Virus record (IMG/VR): IMGVR_UViG_3300037400_002553
Span: 1-64,000 of that record
Length of the DNA: 64,000 bases
Origin: a virus
Lineage: Duplodnaviria > Caudoviricetes
Direction: 5' to 3' (one strand)
Below are positions 27,761 through 37,975 of the stretch, in pieces; within the stretch, counting starts at the first letter, position 1, and every line of letters begins with the position of its first letter. Position numbers and translations under genes: made by a program. Below the pieces are notes generated by a model. The model was not told where the DNA came from. It worked only from the letters and a program-made list of their open reading frames with translations, and did not search any database.

Positions 27761-30700
27761 TTAAATATCGCTGAAGGATACGCCTTGAGGAGTGACCATA
27801 AACTCAATCTCGATATATTCGAGGGTTGGAGTAGGTTTAACCCATAGTTTACATTGGATTTCGTGAGCATCCATCATTTCAGGAGTTTGTTCTACATCCA
27901 ATCTGTAATCTGTAATACCTCTATCTCTCTTGATTTGAGCAAGGATTGGGTTAACAATGTCCTCGAATTCTGCTTTTAGAGTTGTATCATTAGGCTCGAA
28001 GAGTAATACTCTTGTAGACTCAATGATAAGTTTTCTCATGTAAAGCATCAATCTCACTGTGTTAACTCTGTTCATTGGAGTGTCACCAGTGTACATTGTT
28101 TTATTACCCCAAACCTTAACACCATCTTGTGAGAATGTCTTTAATGGGTTGATACGACCATCGTAAACATTATCCTCATCCTCAAGTTTAGCAAAGAAGT
28201 GCATTCTAGTGCAATCAACTTTACCTCTCTCAATACCTGCAGGTGCATACCATGGGAATTTCTTGTTATCAACGTCAGCCATATTTCTCAATACGTCCTT
28301 AGTTGCAGGAAGATTAATAAAGATATTATTCTCACTATCGAAGAATTTAACCCAAGGATAGTATGTACATGCATAATATGTATCGATACCTACATCTTCA
28401 AGGTTTTCAGCAGCATCTGCAGATGAGTACATCTCGTCAATTGCGTCTGAAGCGCCCCAAGGCTTATCAGGAGTATCAACTACATATAATGTATCTTGAC
28501 GTTTTTCCTCAATCATGTCGAGTGCATCTTCAACAAGTAATGTGTTGTTTACGTAATCGATGCCTGGAGTAGCAAACAAGTTGATTATATACTTCTCTGG
28601 AATCTCAAATTGGTTATAGCCAGCTAAGAAAGCGTAATAGTCAGATGTGATACAGTTTCCTTCAAGTGCTAGGCTTGTTCCATCTTGGATTTTAGAGAAT
28701 GTTTGTCCGTATCCGTTTTTAATTGTACCCTTATATTTATTTGCTTTAAATTCGTCTGTATTTGTACGCGCGTTACGATAAATATCCCATCCATCGAAAC
28801 CACCATAGAAGCACATTGTGAACTTACGCAATGCTTTATCAGCATAGATTGTATCTTCCATATCTTGTTCACTACCAATTACTGGTGCACTACCTCCTAC
28901 AGGTGTATTATTTACAGATACACAATCCCATGTAATTGATGAAGTATTTAAGTCTCCGTCAATGGTAATTGTAATTCCGCTTAATTCTTGTTTTATCTCA
29001 TCTGATAGTGTAGAATCAAGGTGGAATGGGTGTGTATATCCGTGAGTAAACTCATCCGTGTACGCATTTTTGCCTTTATAAGAAAGCATGTCGGTATCTA
29101 TACCAGTTAAATCTGACAAACCGAAGTATTGACGTTTTGCCTTGATATCATCATCAAGAATAGTGTTATATTTGAATGAAGGGGCGATTAATTGACTAGT
29201 ACCCTCTTTTTTGTCTGAATAATCACGTACAGGGTAGCCTAAGAAACCGCATGGAACACAATTTTGTGTCATATCATTTTCAATAACCTCTACCATGATA
29301 AATTTAGATTTCAATTCATATGCACCATCTAATGTACCAATTTGTAGTCCAATATATTTTGGATCACCAGGAACCATAGTAAGATTCTTAAATGACTCAA
29401 GAATTGTTACATTACCGTCAGAATCACCGAAGTCACGAACATATACATCAAATCTTCCATCATCTGGGCGAATATTAGCAATAGAAATCTTTACTTCAGT
29501 ATTAGATTCTGTACCGTCAGAAATAGTGTGGAATCTGAAAAGTTTCTTAACTTGTAAGTTCTTTCCATCACCCTTTAACTCTGAAACAACCCAAGGAGTT
29601 GATGCACAACGGAATTGATCATGGTAATCACTCATATCATTTAATGGCACAAGAATATCTTTATCATTTTCATCCTTGTCTAAACAAACAAATGCATCAT
29701 ATTCCAATACTTTAACCGCTTTAACTGTATCATTGAGCGTTCCAGCACTTATACTTTCAACTGTAATTCCACTTCCGCTTTCGTCTTTTAATTCAACATA
29801 TATATATTTTTTTACACCGTTAGTAGGATCTATAAATGATTTAACAGTATAAATACTACCTACCGTCATTGCGCTAGTTTCAGAAGTAATAGTATTAGCA
29901 CTATTTGTTATATGGAATACAAATCCGTTACCAGTATCGCCACTAAATTCTTCTCCATTTTCTGCACAAATAAATGTTTGACCAAGTTGTTTTCTTGTTA
30001 AACTTGTCTCAGGAATAGTAACGAAGTCTTTAACTGGATCCGCAACAGCAGAAATTACCAACTCGTTAACTTTTTTAAGTTCTCTAGTTGTTCCACTTGT
30101 TCCAGTAACAGTTATTCCGCCAATTTCAGAAACTTTTTGTCTGGTAATCAAGTCATCCAACATTACATCATATAATTCCTCAACGAAAATTGCGGATGTT
30201 CCCTCACTTGCTTTAGAACCAAGGACATTATAGATATAATCCTTAGTACCAGCGTTTAATGAAACTGGATAACGACCAACCTCAACATATTCTCCCTTTT
30301 CTTGATCGAATTTATGTGCAACCAATGTAAATTGGCCATAGTTAATCGCATTAATTGGATAAGTTTCAGTGCTTGCAGTAGTTGCTGTTACGGAGCCACA
30401 ATTAACCAAAACAGATACGTTAGTGTAAGGTTCAATAGTTACTTTATCACATGCAAATTGCAATGTATCATATTTAGAAATTGGGTTACACTCAGTACCA
30501 ACATTTGCATACTTTTTGTAAACACCTCTTGAACGTAATACTGCAATCACATGTGTTTCTGTTTGGGCAGAGTCCGTTGCAGTGATTAAGAATGCAGGGC
30601 CTGCATTATAGCCGCTAAGTCCTAAAACACGGCAAACATAAAGACGATCTGATGCTGACAAATATGATTTAGCAATGTAAGGTAATTGATATTTAGGATA

Positions 30701-30913
30701 TTGAGAATCCTTAAATTTCTCTGCGCTAGTACCACCAAAATAGTCTCTAAATTGGTTATAATCTTGAACTAAAATTGGTTCAAAAGCAGGACCTTTAAGC
30801 GTCTCACCAGCAATACCCAATGTAGTTACACCTAATGTTTTCGCAGCATAAGAAAGATCTGTGAATTTAGTATAAACTCCAGGACTTGAATGTGTTCCTC
30901 TAATTTTTCCCAT
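27761..30913 (-). CDS. gp18: Tail sheath protein (T4 gp18 family)
   Basis: SPGVYT N-terminus, GETLKGPAFEP, INLFATPGID, ACTYYPWV, WYAPAG..RG, RINP, NRVN.VRL, FEPND. Confidence 0.95.
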   Translation of the reverse strand: MGKIRGTHSSPGVYTKFTDLSYAAKTLGVTTLGIAGETLKGPAFEPILVQDYNQFRDYFGGTSAEKFKDSQYPKYQLPYIAKSYLSASDRLYVCRVLGLSGYNAGPAFLITATDSAQTETHVIAVLRSRGVYKKYANVGTECNPISKYDTLQFACDKVTIEPYTNVSVLVNCGSVTATTASTETYPINAINYGQFTLVAHKFDQEKGEYVEVGRYPVSLNAGTKDYIYNVLGSKASEGTSAIFVEELYDVMLDDLITRQKVSEIGGITVTGTSGTTRELKKVNELVISAVADPVKDFVTIPETSLTRKQLGQTFICAENGEEFSGDTGNGFVFHITNSANTITSETSAMTVGSIYTVKSFIDPTNGVKKYIYVELKDESGSGITVESISAGTLNDTVKAVKVLEYDAFVCLDKDENDKDILVPLNDMSDYHDQFRCASTPWVVSELKGDGKNLQVKKLFRFHTISDGTESNTEVKISIANIRPDDGRFDVYVRDFGDSDGNVTILESFKNLTMVPGDPKYIGLQIGTLDGAYELKSKFIMVEVIENDMTQNCVPCGFLGYPVRDYSDKKEGTSQLIAPSFKYNTILDDDIKAKRQYFGLSDLTGIDTDMLSYKGKNAYTDEFTHGYTHPFHLDSTLSDEIKQELSGITITIDGDLNTSSITWDCVSVNNTPVGGSAPVIGSEQDMEDTIYADKALRKFTMCFYGGFDGWDIYRNARTNTDEFKANKYKGTIKNGYGQTFSKIQDGTSLALEGNCITSDYYAFLAGYNQFEIPEKYIINLFATPGIDYVNNTLLVEDALDMIEEKRQDTLYVVDTPDKPWGASDAIDEMYSSADAAENLEDVGIDTYYACTYYPWVKFFDSENNIFINLPATKDVLRNMADVDNKKFPWYAPAGIERGKVDCTRMHFFAKLEDEDNVYDGRINPLKTFSQDGVKVWGNKTMYTGDTPMNRVNTVRLMLYMRKLIIESTRVLLFEPNDTTLKAEFEDIVNPILAQIKRDRGITDYRLDVEQTPEMMDAHEIQCKLWVKPTPTLEYIEIEFMVTPQGVSFSDI

Positions 30914-31013
30914 AATTATTATTTTATTTTAATTTGATTATTCACTTATTTTATAATAAATACTTTCTTTCTTTCGAAAAATACAGTTAGTTTGTATTTA
31001 TTTTACTAAAATT

Positions 31014-32060
31014 TTATACTTTAGTGCCATTAATGATGAATGTAGCCTCTTTGTTTTTAACTATTTTATTACACATAACCTTTATTTCATCACCGTTATG
31101 AAGTGTTACGTTTCCATCTATCTTATCTCCATTAACATAAATTTTGTAATTATTGAGTATATTATCAAGGTCGACTCCAGTCATTTCAAAATCCGTATCG
31201 TTTTTAAAATGAATTATGTTCTTGGTACACTTTATCGGGAAGAAAACTGTTATTTTAATATCTTTACCATTTTCACAATCTTCAATTTCAGCATCTGGTA
31301 TATTTATTTTACTAGGCATGGATAATATATTAACGCCTCTCTTTATTGGAATCTCTTCAACTCTATAGTCATCCTCAGTTATGATATATGCCATTACTTT
31401 AATATTAAATGTTTGTGCATAGTACTGTCTATCATCTATTTGATAAGATGATTCGTCAGATATACTCTCTAATGTCATTGGCATGAAGTGCCCATTTGGC
31501 CTAATATAACACTGTCTTGCCCTAAACTTTCTATTGATTAATGTGTTGAACTCATTTATCTTGTCGTATTTGTTTGTAAATACAGATATTTTATAAACCA
31601 AATCAATTGCTGTTGGCTGATGCATTTTTAGTACTAAGAATGACTCTGACCCATTATCATCCAATACAATTTGTTTCTTCATTGTATAGAATCTATCTTC
31701 ACCTGGTACGTTCCAGTAGCCATTTTGTATTTTGCCTAATTCTGGGTTATTATCACGGCTAATAGATTTAAAATTTAATAGAATATTTTTATCTTTATCT
31801 GTAAAACGCCACGATTGGGTATATTCTGAGAATCTTTGATTACTAAACAACACCATCGTTGGAAATTCTCTTCCATCATCGGACGTAATTGTTAAATCCT
31901 GTTCGACCCAGCGTTTAAAATCATCATCAATGTCTTTATACTCCACAGTTTTAGGTAGGAAGGTACCGTTTTTCAGTATCTCCGACATTAATTCATACCT
32001 TCTGTCATTTCCGACATAATGTGAATGTATGTCTAAATAATTTTTATACTCTTCTGCCAT
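31014..32060 (-). CDS. Putative tail terminator / sheath stabiliser (gp15-like)
   Basis: Position between neck and sheath genes; PTAIDLVYKISVFT, HFMPMTLESISDES, QTFNIKVMAY. Confidence 0.5.
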   Translation of the reverse strand: MAEEYKNYLDIHSHYVGNDRRYELMSEILKNGTFLPKTVEYKDIDDDFKRWVEQDLTITSDDGREFPTMVLFSNQRFSEYTQSWRFTDKDKNILLNFKSISRDNNPELGKIQNGYWNVPGEDRFYTMKKQIVLDDNGSESFLVLKMHQPTAIDLVYKISVFTNKYDKINEFNTLINRKFRARQCYIRPNGHFMPMTLESISDESSYQIDDRQYYAQTFNIKVMAYIITEDDYRVEEIPIKRGVNILSMPSKINIPDAEIEDCENGKDIKITVFFPIKCTKNIIHFKNDTDFEMTGVDLDNILNNYKIYVNGDKIDGNVTLHNGDEIKVMCNKIVKNKEATFIINGTKV

Positions 32061-32602
32061 TAAATACCTTGTGTTTCCGTAACATCACCAACAGAAGCAC
32101 ATACTATATTTCTATAATATGGCTCATATCCATAAAGTGTATGTTTATTATCGTAATTAACCCTACCATCATCTGCAACTGTAAAAAACTCCATATGGTC
32201 TGGTGTTACTTGTAATCCGATATAATCGCCTAAATGTATTTCGCAGTTATTCTCATCCAACTCCTTCTGAAGTATCTGGAATTCAAGTTTTCCTACCTTT
32301 TTATAATAGTTTTTAATCTTCTGAACATCATATGTCTTCAATTCGGCCTGATTTAACTTATACATACAGTTAAGTTCAATAGGTGTTTTGAATACTAAAT
32401 CCTTAAATTTAGCCTCTTGATATACATCATCTATTTTAGTGTTCTCCCTATCAACTTCATACAATACAACAGTCTGATTTAGCACTTTGTTTATATACTC
32501 CATGCTAAATCCAAGTTGCATATTAAATTGATGTTCCGAGAAGAACATATTATTCCTATTGATAGGATTTTTTCTTTTAATATCTGTTGTATTTAACTTC
32601 AT
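32060..32602 (-). CDS. Putative neck / head-closure protein (gp14-like)
   Basis: EYI..VLNQTVVLY.VD..T.IDDVY.EA, GDYIG, FF.V..DG; context. Confidence 0.55.
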   Translation of the reverse strand: MKLNTTDIKRKNPINRNNMFFSEHQFNMQLGFSMEYINKVLNQTVVLYEVDRENTKIDDVYQEAKFKDLVFKTPIELNCMYKLNQAELKTYDVQKIKNYYKKVGKLEFQILQKELDENNCEIHLGDYIGLQVTPDHMEFFTVADDGRVNYDNKHTLYGYEPYYRNIVCASVGDVTETQGI

Positions 32603-32604
32603 AA

Positions 32605-32748
32605 TTACGCTCTACCTTGGCCACGATAGGATTTTTTATAATTCTTTGAACTTTTAAGTCTTGATGTTTTACATTTTGATATCACACCTGGGCGTTTTTT
32701 GTGAGGTGTTGCTATAAATGAAAAACTACTATTTGTTACTTTTGCCAT
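32605..32748 (-). CDS. Small basic conserved phage protein (KKRPG...YKKxYRGQGR)
   Basis: Manual translation MAKVTNSSFSFIATPHKKRPGVISKCKTSRLKSSKNYKKSYRGQGRA, 47 aa. Confidence 0.7.
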   Translation of the reverse strand: MAKVTNSSFSFIATPHKKRPGVISKCKTSRLKSSKNYKKSYRGQGRA

Positions 32749-32775
32749 TTTATTTATTTTTTAATGTTTTGTTTA

Positions 32776-33735
32776 TTATTTGTATTTTACAACTTTCCCA
32801 GAAGTTTTATTATAGGCGTACATATGGAAAACTGCGTTATCTACATAAGACAGACCACCATAGGCTCTAACATTATAATCTTGATTACTATCTGAAAGTA
32901 ATGAAATATCACCAAATGTCAAACTAGTTGGTTCTTGTTTATTTAGGCCCAACACGTTGTGCAACGTTCCAGGATAACTCTCCATAGCATATGCCTCATA
33001 TTTTAAATTACTATAAGATCCGTTATAAAAAAATAAAGGATAATACCATGCTATATAATTATTATTGAGAACTGGTGAAAAAGTACTTGAATTATAGTTG
33101 TTTGTTGTACTTGTTCTTTTTAAATAAGAAACTTGTTGCAATTGTCCGCTTGTACTTGACCATATAAGTCCCCTAAAATACGTCCCATCATAGTGATACC
33201 ACGAAACCCATTTATCTAAACTAGATTCAACTCCCGAGATACTATCAGTGCCAAGATTATAATCCCAAATTGCTGTACGGGCTTTGATGTATTTACTACA
33301 AAAATGTAAATTTGAAGAGGCATCTCTATAAGCAAACCAACAATCAACACCTGGCCAATTATATGAATTAGTTCTTGTTTTTAGTAAACTAATAGAATTA
33401 CCATCAAAGTATAATATATGTAATGGGACACTATAATTACTATTACCTCCATATAAACATATATAGTTATCTTTAACAACGCCGTTATGATATTTTGAAG
33501 AAAGTTCAATAGAATCCAAATCATTCCCATTTAAATCGAAAACATGCAGTGTATGTACAGTCGAACTCCATTGGTCGAATACTAATACATATACATACGG
33601 GCTGTTATCAAATTTATACAAGAATGATTTTTCACCAGACAACTGATTGATTGCATTAACAACTGTTTCAAATGGATCACCAGACATATGTCCGCCGTCC
33701 TGTTGCATTATCAATGTTCTTCTAATATCACTCAT
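32776..33735 (-). CDS. Putative fibre tip / receptor-binding protein (beta-rich, IRRxLxM N-terminus)
   Basis: Start revised to ATG at 33735 (MSDIRRTLIMQQ), overlapping the upstream stop; Tyr/Ser/Asn-rich beta composition. Confidence 0.55.
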   Translation of the reverse strand: MSDIRRTLIMQQDGGHMSGDPFETVVNAINQLSGEKSFLYKFDNSPYVYVLVFDQWSSTVHTLHVFDLNGNDLDSIELSSKYHNGVVKDNYICLYGGNSNYSVPLHILYFDGNSISLLKTRTNSYNWPGVDCWFAYRDASSNLHFCSKYIKARTAIWDYNLGTDSISGVESSLDKWVSWYHYDGTYFRGLIWSSTSGQLQQVSYLKRTSTTNNYNSSTFSPVLNNNYIAWYYPLFFYNGSYSNLKYEAYAMESYPGTLHNVLGLNKQEPTSLTFGDISLLSDSNQDYNVRAYGGLSYVDNAVFHMYAYNKTSGKVVKYK

Positions 33736-34192
33736 TATCCCATTCACCTATAACACCTAAATTATTTTCTATGCTAACTAAATATTTTTTATTTGTTTGC
33801 GTATTCAAATCCTTCATCCATACTACTGTATCAGGTACATATAACGCTGTCGCAACGTTACCGCTTGTAAATTGAAACATATATTCATTAACGATATTTG
33901 AATCACCAGAAACAAAAGTAATATTCAAAACCTCCCTCTCGCCGAACATATACATTTTATTTGGTTCAATACTAAAAGTATTTCCACTATCAGATGTTTT
34001 ATCAATTACAGGTATGCTTCCTCCTCCAGCAGATACTAATTCCTCAATTTTAGAAGAGGAATATGTTGTCTCATTTGAAACATTATTATCATCAATTGCT
34101 GCGACGATAGTTTCTTGTGGGATAAAATATTCGGAATCCGCTCCATCATAATTAGAAAATTCTCCGTTATAGTAATTTTTATAATCTCTCAT
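33728..34192 (-). CDS. Short fibre adapter protein
   Basis: Start revised to MRDYK; TYSSSKI motif and C-terminal NEYMFQF...VW...KYLVSI.N.LG domain, similar to the end of 39771..41978. Confidence 0.6.
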   Translation of the reverse strand: MRDYKNYYNGEFSNYDGADSEYFIPQETIVAAIDDNNVSNETTYSSSKIEELVSAGGGSIPVIDKTSDSGNTFSIEPNKMYMFGEREVLNITFVSGDSNIVNEYMFQFTSGNVATALYVPDTVVWMKDLNTQTNKKYLVSIENNLGVIGEWDNE

Positions 34193-34331
34193 TTTATTCA
34201 AAAATGTTTATACACTATTATTTACTTATAAATAGTTTTTATCATCGAAATAATATAATTTTTGTATATTTATTTTGTATTTATATACAGAAAGCGAAAA
34301 ATAACACAAAGTAACAAATAAGATATAAATT

Positions 34332-35486
34332 ATGCAAAAAGAAAGTAAAGTACAATTATCAAAAATGATGTCTTTAATGGAACGTATGGATAAACATTAC
34401 ACCAATGATCAAGCAAAGGTTTTATTAGAGAACGATTTGAGAAGCAAAAATCTTTTAAAAGAAGAAATTGAAGAGGCTGATAGGGGTACAGCCGTTCAAA
34501 TTGACAACAACACTTACTCATTAAGTGATCCAGAAGAATTAGTTAGAGTGTTATCCAAGAAAGATATGACGCCCCAAAAAGGCTGGTTTGTAACCATGGG
34601 TTATGTATGCGGCGTTACGGAATTAGGCGATAAACAAATTCAAAAAGGTGTCGACTCATTTGAACCAGGTTCCCCAGAAAGAGTAAAATCATTAGGTTTC
34701 GATAGATTAAATAACATTATTGATAATCCAACGATTATTGATAAGGGTATAAATAAAGGCAAAATTAAAAACCCATATATGCCAGATAGTAATTCAAACT
34801 TTATTGTTAAAGTTGAAAAAATACAACTAATGTATGGTAGAAATGAAGAATATGGCAAGCGTAAACAAGATGTCGAACACGATTTAGAGGCATACCAACA
34901 CGAGAATCCAGAAGATGTACAACATTATATCGATTATGTAGCAAATAGGCCAAAGAATCCATATCAAATAACAAGTTTCCCACAACAAGCATATGGTATG
35001 AAGAGCGACAATAGAACAAGAGTTCCAAATACCAACATATTCCAGTATCCAGACGGAAGTTATGAAATGGACTTCAATACTCCTCTTAAAGTTTATAAAC
35101 GTCTAAAGGTTGCTTATTTCTTAATTAATGACGAAAATAATATTGAAGAAATAACCCCAGAAGAAGTAAAAGCATACGTTGACTTATTTGGTGTTAAAGC
35201 AAATAAAAAAGTTGCTAACGAGGATGAAATTGTCGCAAGAGTTGAGAAATTTATAAACGATACAAAGACAAAACGCCATAATGGGGACTTATATAATCAC
35301 TACAAACTAAATAGCATCTTCTTACTTAACTTTGCAACAGAAGATGGAAGACAAAAATTACAATTCTACAATCCAAACGCTGTTGTTAGATTTGTTAAGG
35401 GAAAGGAATTGAAGAGCGGAATAACTCCTTCAAGATATACAGCATCTGGACTGCTTAAACCTCATCTTGAAAAAATGAAACAATAA
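34332..35486 (+). CDS. Hypothetical protein, possible internal head protein
   Basis: 384 aa; KMMSLMERM...LLE..LLKEE N-terminus. Confidence 0.6.
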   Translation: MQKESKVQLSKMMSLMERMDKHYTNDQAKVLLENDLRSKNLLKEEIEEADRGTAVQIDNNTYSLSDPEELVRVLSKKDMTPQKGWFVTMGYVCGVTELGDKQIQKGVDSFEPGSPERVKSLGFDRLNNIIDNPTIIDKGINKGKIKNPYMPDSNSNFIVKVEKIQLMYGRNEEYGKRKQDVEHDLEAYQHENPEDVQHYIDYVANRPKNPYQITSFPQQAYGMKSDNRTRVPNTNIFQYPDGSYEMDFNTPLKVYKRLKVAYFLINDENNIEEITPEEVKAYVDLFGVKANKKVANEDEIVARVEKFINDTKTKRHNGDLYNHYKLNSIFLLNFATEDGRQKLQFYNPNAVVRFVKGKELKSGITPSRYTASGLLKPHLEKMKQ

Positions 35487-35506
35487 TTTTAGTTCATAAT
35501 TTTTAG

Positions 35507-35534
35507 GGAGATAAGAAATTATCTCCTATTTTTT
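35507..35534 (+). terminator. Intrinsic terminator
   Basis: GGAGATAA-GAAA-TTATCTCC followed by T-run. Confidence 0.75.
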
Positions 35535-35566
35535 GTATATTTACAAAGAATAATACAAAACTTACA

Positions 35567-37570
35567 ATGGCAAACTTAAAAAAGACAACACAGGCACTCG
35601 AAATTCTCAAGAATTATGAAGGAGAAAATCCGTATATCCTAATGTTAAAGAGGGACATGTTTGTTTATGAGGATCCAGACGCAGTTGGAGACTTTCAGAT
35701 AAACTATATCCTTAAAAATCACGATTATAAGCCTAAAACAATAAACAGATATACAAAAATACCAGAATGGTACGGCCTAGATAGACAAGAAAAGTGGAAT
35801 ACCGAATTTGTACCTCAAAAATTACTTGTTTGTTCAATTTTTGGTGAAACGGATATTTCTTATAGTTGTTATGTACAGTACAGACAGTCCGTACCACCTG
35901 TTATGTGTTTTTTACCAAAGAAAGCAATTATAAATAACCTATTCGTTGAGGATTATAATAAAATAGAAGTTGATTTTGATAGGTACGATAGATTATCAAA
36001 TGCAAAATCGGAAGGTAGAAAGTTAAAACCACACCAAAAAGAGGCTGTTAAATTCTTATTGTCAAGAAAAAAATGTATGTTATGTGACGAGCAGGGATTA
36101 GGAAAAACAACATCCTTATCAGTAGCCGCTATTGAAGGTAATTTCGACTCCGTATTGATTATCTGCCCAGCATCATTAAAGACAAACTGGAAAACCGAAT
36201 TATCATATTACGTTGATGAACGATATATTACCGTAGTTGATGGATTTAGTGACAAAAACAAAAAAGAATTAGAGAAGTTCCTTGGGTATGGTATAGGAAA
36301 ATCTGGAAAAAAGAGAGAAGAACTATTAGAAGATGTAAAACAATATGGCAAATGGCAAGATAATCGTTTTGTCATCGTTAACTATGACATATTAGACGAT
36401 TTTTATACACTATCAAGTGTCAGAAGTGAGTCGTCCGTTAAGGAATTAGTTGAAAACAATCCAATGCTGAAATATATTTACAATAAAAAGGCCTGTATTA
36501 TAATGGATGAGGTCCATATTCTAACGGATAGTTCATCTAAACGCTATAAAATCATTAATAATTTGATCAAAAGGGGTAAACCAGAAAGTATATATCTTGC
36601 AACAGGAACTCCAGTGACAAATAACCCATTGAATTTATACTATTTACTAGCACTTATTGAGAATGAGATAACGGCCGACTATAATTATTACATTAATACC
36701 TATTGCGAAGCAAAGAAATTCCCAGCAAAAGGAGAAAGAGAGCGTTGTGAGAGAGAATTTTTAAGAATGAAAGGTAAATCATCGTGGTATGATTTAACTA
36801 ACGCAGAAAAAGAAGGGCTAAAGGACTATATTTCAAAGCACGCAAAGATGATTACCACAGCAACTGGTTCTGATAACCTTAATGAATTGCAAGAAAAGAT
36901 ATCTCATATCTATTTAAGAAGAACAAAAGATATACTCGACCTACCTCCGAAGTATCTACATGAAGTATTTTATGACTTAACGGTTGATCAAAAGAAAGAG
37001 TATAACAGATTGTGGGAAGAATATGAGGCAGAACAAAAACAACTCGATCAGGATAAGGAATTAAATAAGGAGTTGCTTGAGGGAAGTATCTATCGAAGTT
37101 ATCTTGCAAACATAATGGTTCCAAAAACAATAGAATTGGCTAACTCTATTATATCAAAAGGTAATAAAGTCGTAATTGCATGCTGTTTTGACGAGGAATT
37201 ATACTCATTACGTGATTATTATAAAGATAAATGTGTTATTTATAACGGGAAGATGGGACTCAAGGATAAAGACGCCGCAAAAGATAAATTTCAGAATGAT
37301 GATAATTGTATGGTATTCATCGGAAATGTCATTAGTGCTGGAAAAGGCATCACACTGATTAAATCTCACGACCTTATATTCAACTCATTTAACTATTCAA
37401 ATGCTGATTGTAAGCAAGTCGAGGATAGAATACATAGAATTGGGCAAACACATGACTGTGATATCTATTATCAGTTCTTTAGAGAGACACAGTGTGAGAA
37501 TGTTTGGAATATCGTATTGAAAAAACAAAGAATAACTGAAGCATTAATAAAAAAAGAAGAGGAGAAATAA
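35567..37570 (+). CDS. SNF2-family (HARP/SMARCAL1-like) helicase
   Basis: LKPHQ, DEQGLGKT, ICPASL..NW, IMDEVH, ATGTP..NNP, QVEDRIHRIGQ. Confidence 0.9.
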   Translation: MANLKKTTQALEILKNYEGENPYILMLKRDMFVYEDPDAVGDFQINYILKNHDYKPKTINRYTKIPEWYGLDRQEKWNTEFVPQKLLVCSIFGETDISYSCYVQYRQSVPPVMCFLPKKAIINNLFVEDYNKIEVDFDRYDRLSNAKSEGRKLKPHQKEAVKFLLSRKKCMLCDEQGLGKTTSLSVAAIEGNFDSVLIICPASLKTNWKTELSYYVDERYITVVDGFSDKNKKELEKFLGYGIGKSGKKREELLEDVKQYGKWQDNRFVIVNYDILDDFYTLSSVRSESSVKELVENNPMLKYIYNKKACIIMDEVHILTDSSSKRYKIINNLIKRGKPESIYLATGTPVTNNPLNLYYLLALIENEITADYNYYINTYCEAKKFPAKGERERCEREFLRMKGKSSWYDLTNAEKEGLKDYISKHAKMITTATGSDNLNELQEKISHIYLRRTKDILDLPPKYLHEVFYDLTVDQKKEYNRLWEEYEAEQKQLDQDKELNKELLEGSIYRSYLANIMVPKTIELANSIISKGNKVVIACCFDEELYSLRDYYKDKCVIYNGKMGLKDKDAAKDKFQNDDNCMVFIGNVISAGKGITLIKSHDLIFNSFNYSNADCKQVEDRIHRIGQTHDCDIYYQFFRETQCENVWNIVLKKQRITEALIKKEEEK

Positions 37571-37571
37571 T

Positions 37572-37814
37572 ATGGAAAAAAGAATGAATTGGAAAGAAAA
37601 AGGAATGTGGGTAATAAGAGACTTTGATGGAATCTTATATATCTGTAACAGAAAGCCATATAAAAACTTTCACGACGAATTTGATTTTGTATGGAGTTGC
37701 GAGGGCGATTTTATTAGATTAGATTCGAAAAACTTCGATGATTTAAAGCCACAAGACGATCCAGTTGAGGTTGATGTCGTTGATTTATGGAAAAACAGAA
37801 AAATAACAGACTAA
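37572..37814 (+). CDS. Hypothetical protein
   Basis: 80-aa ORF directly after the helicase. Confidence 0.7.
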   Translation: MEKRMNWKEKGMWVIRDFDGILYICNRKPYKNFHDEFDFVWSCEGDFIRLDSKNFDDLKPQDDPVEVDVVDLWKNRKITD

Positions 37815-37975
37815 AATAAGCCTGCTATTTTATTTTTAATTAATATCTGGTCCTGGAGTTATTGTTCCAGTAGATAATGCATTTGAAAAAAAATCTGTTA
37901 TGAACTATATATACTTATACAAGTTGCGAAGAGCAGATAAGCGAGAAGAATATGTAAACTATTCGGGTTCATTTT

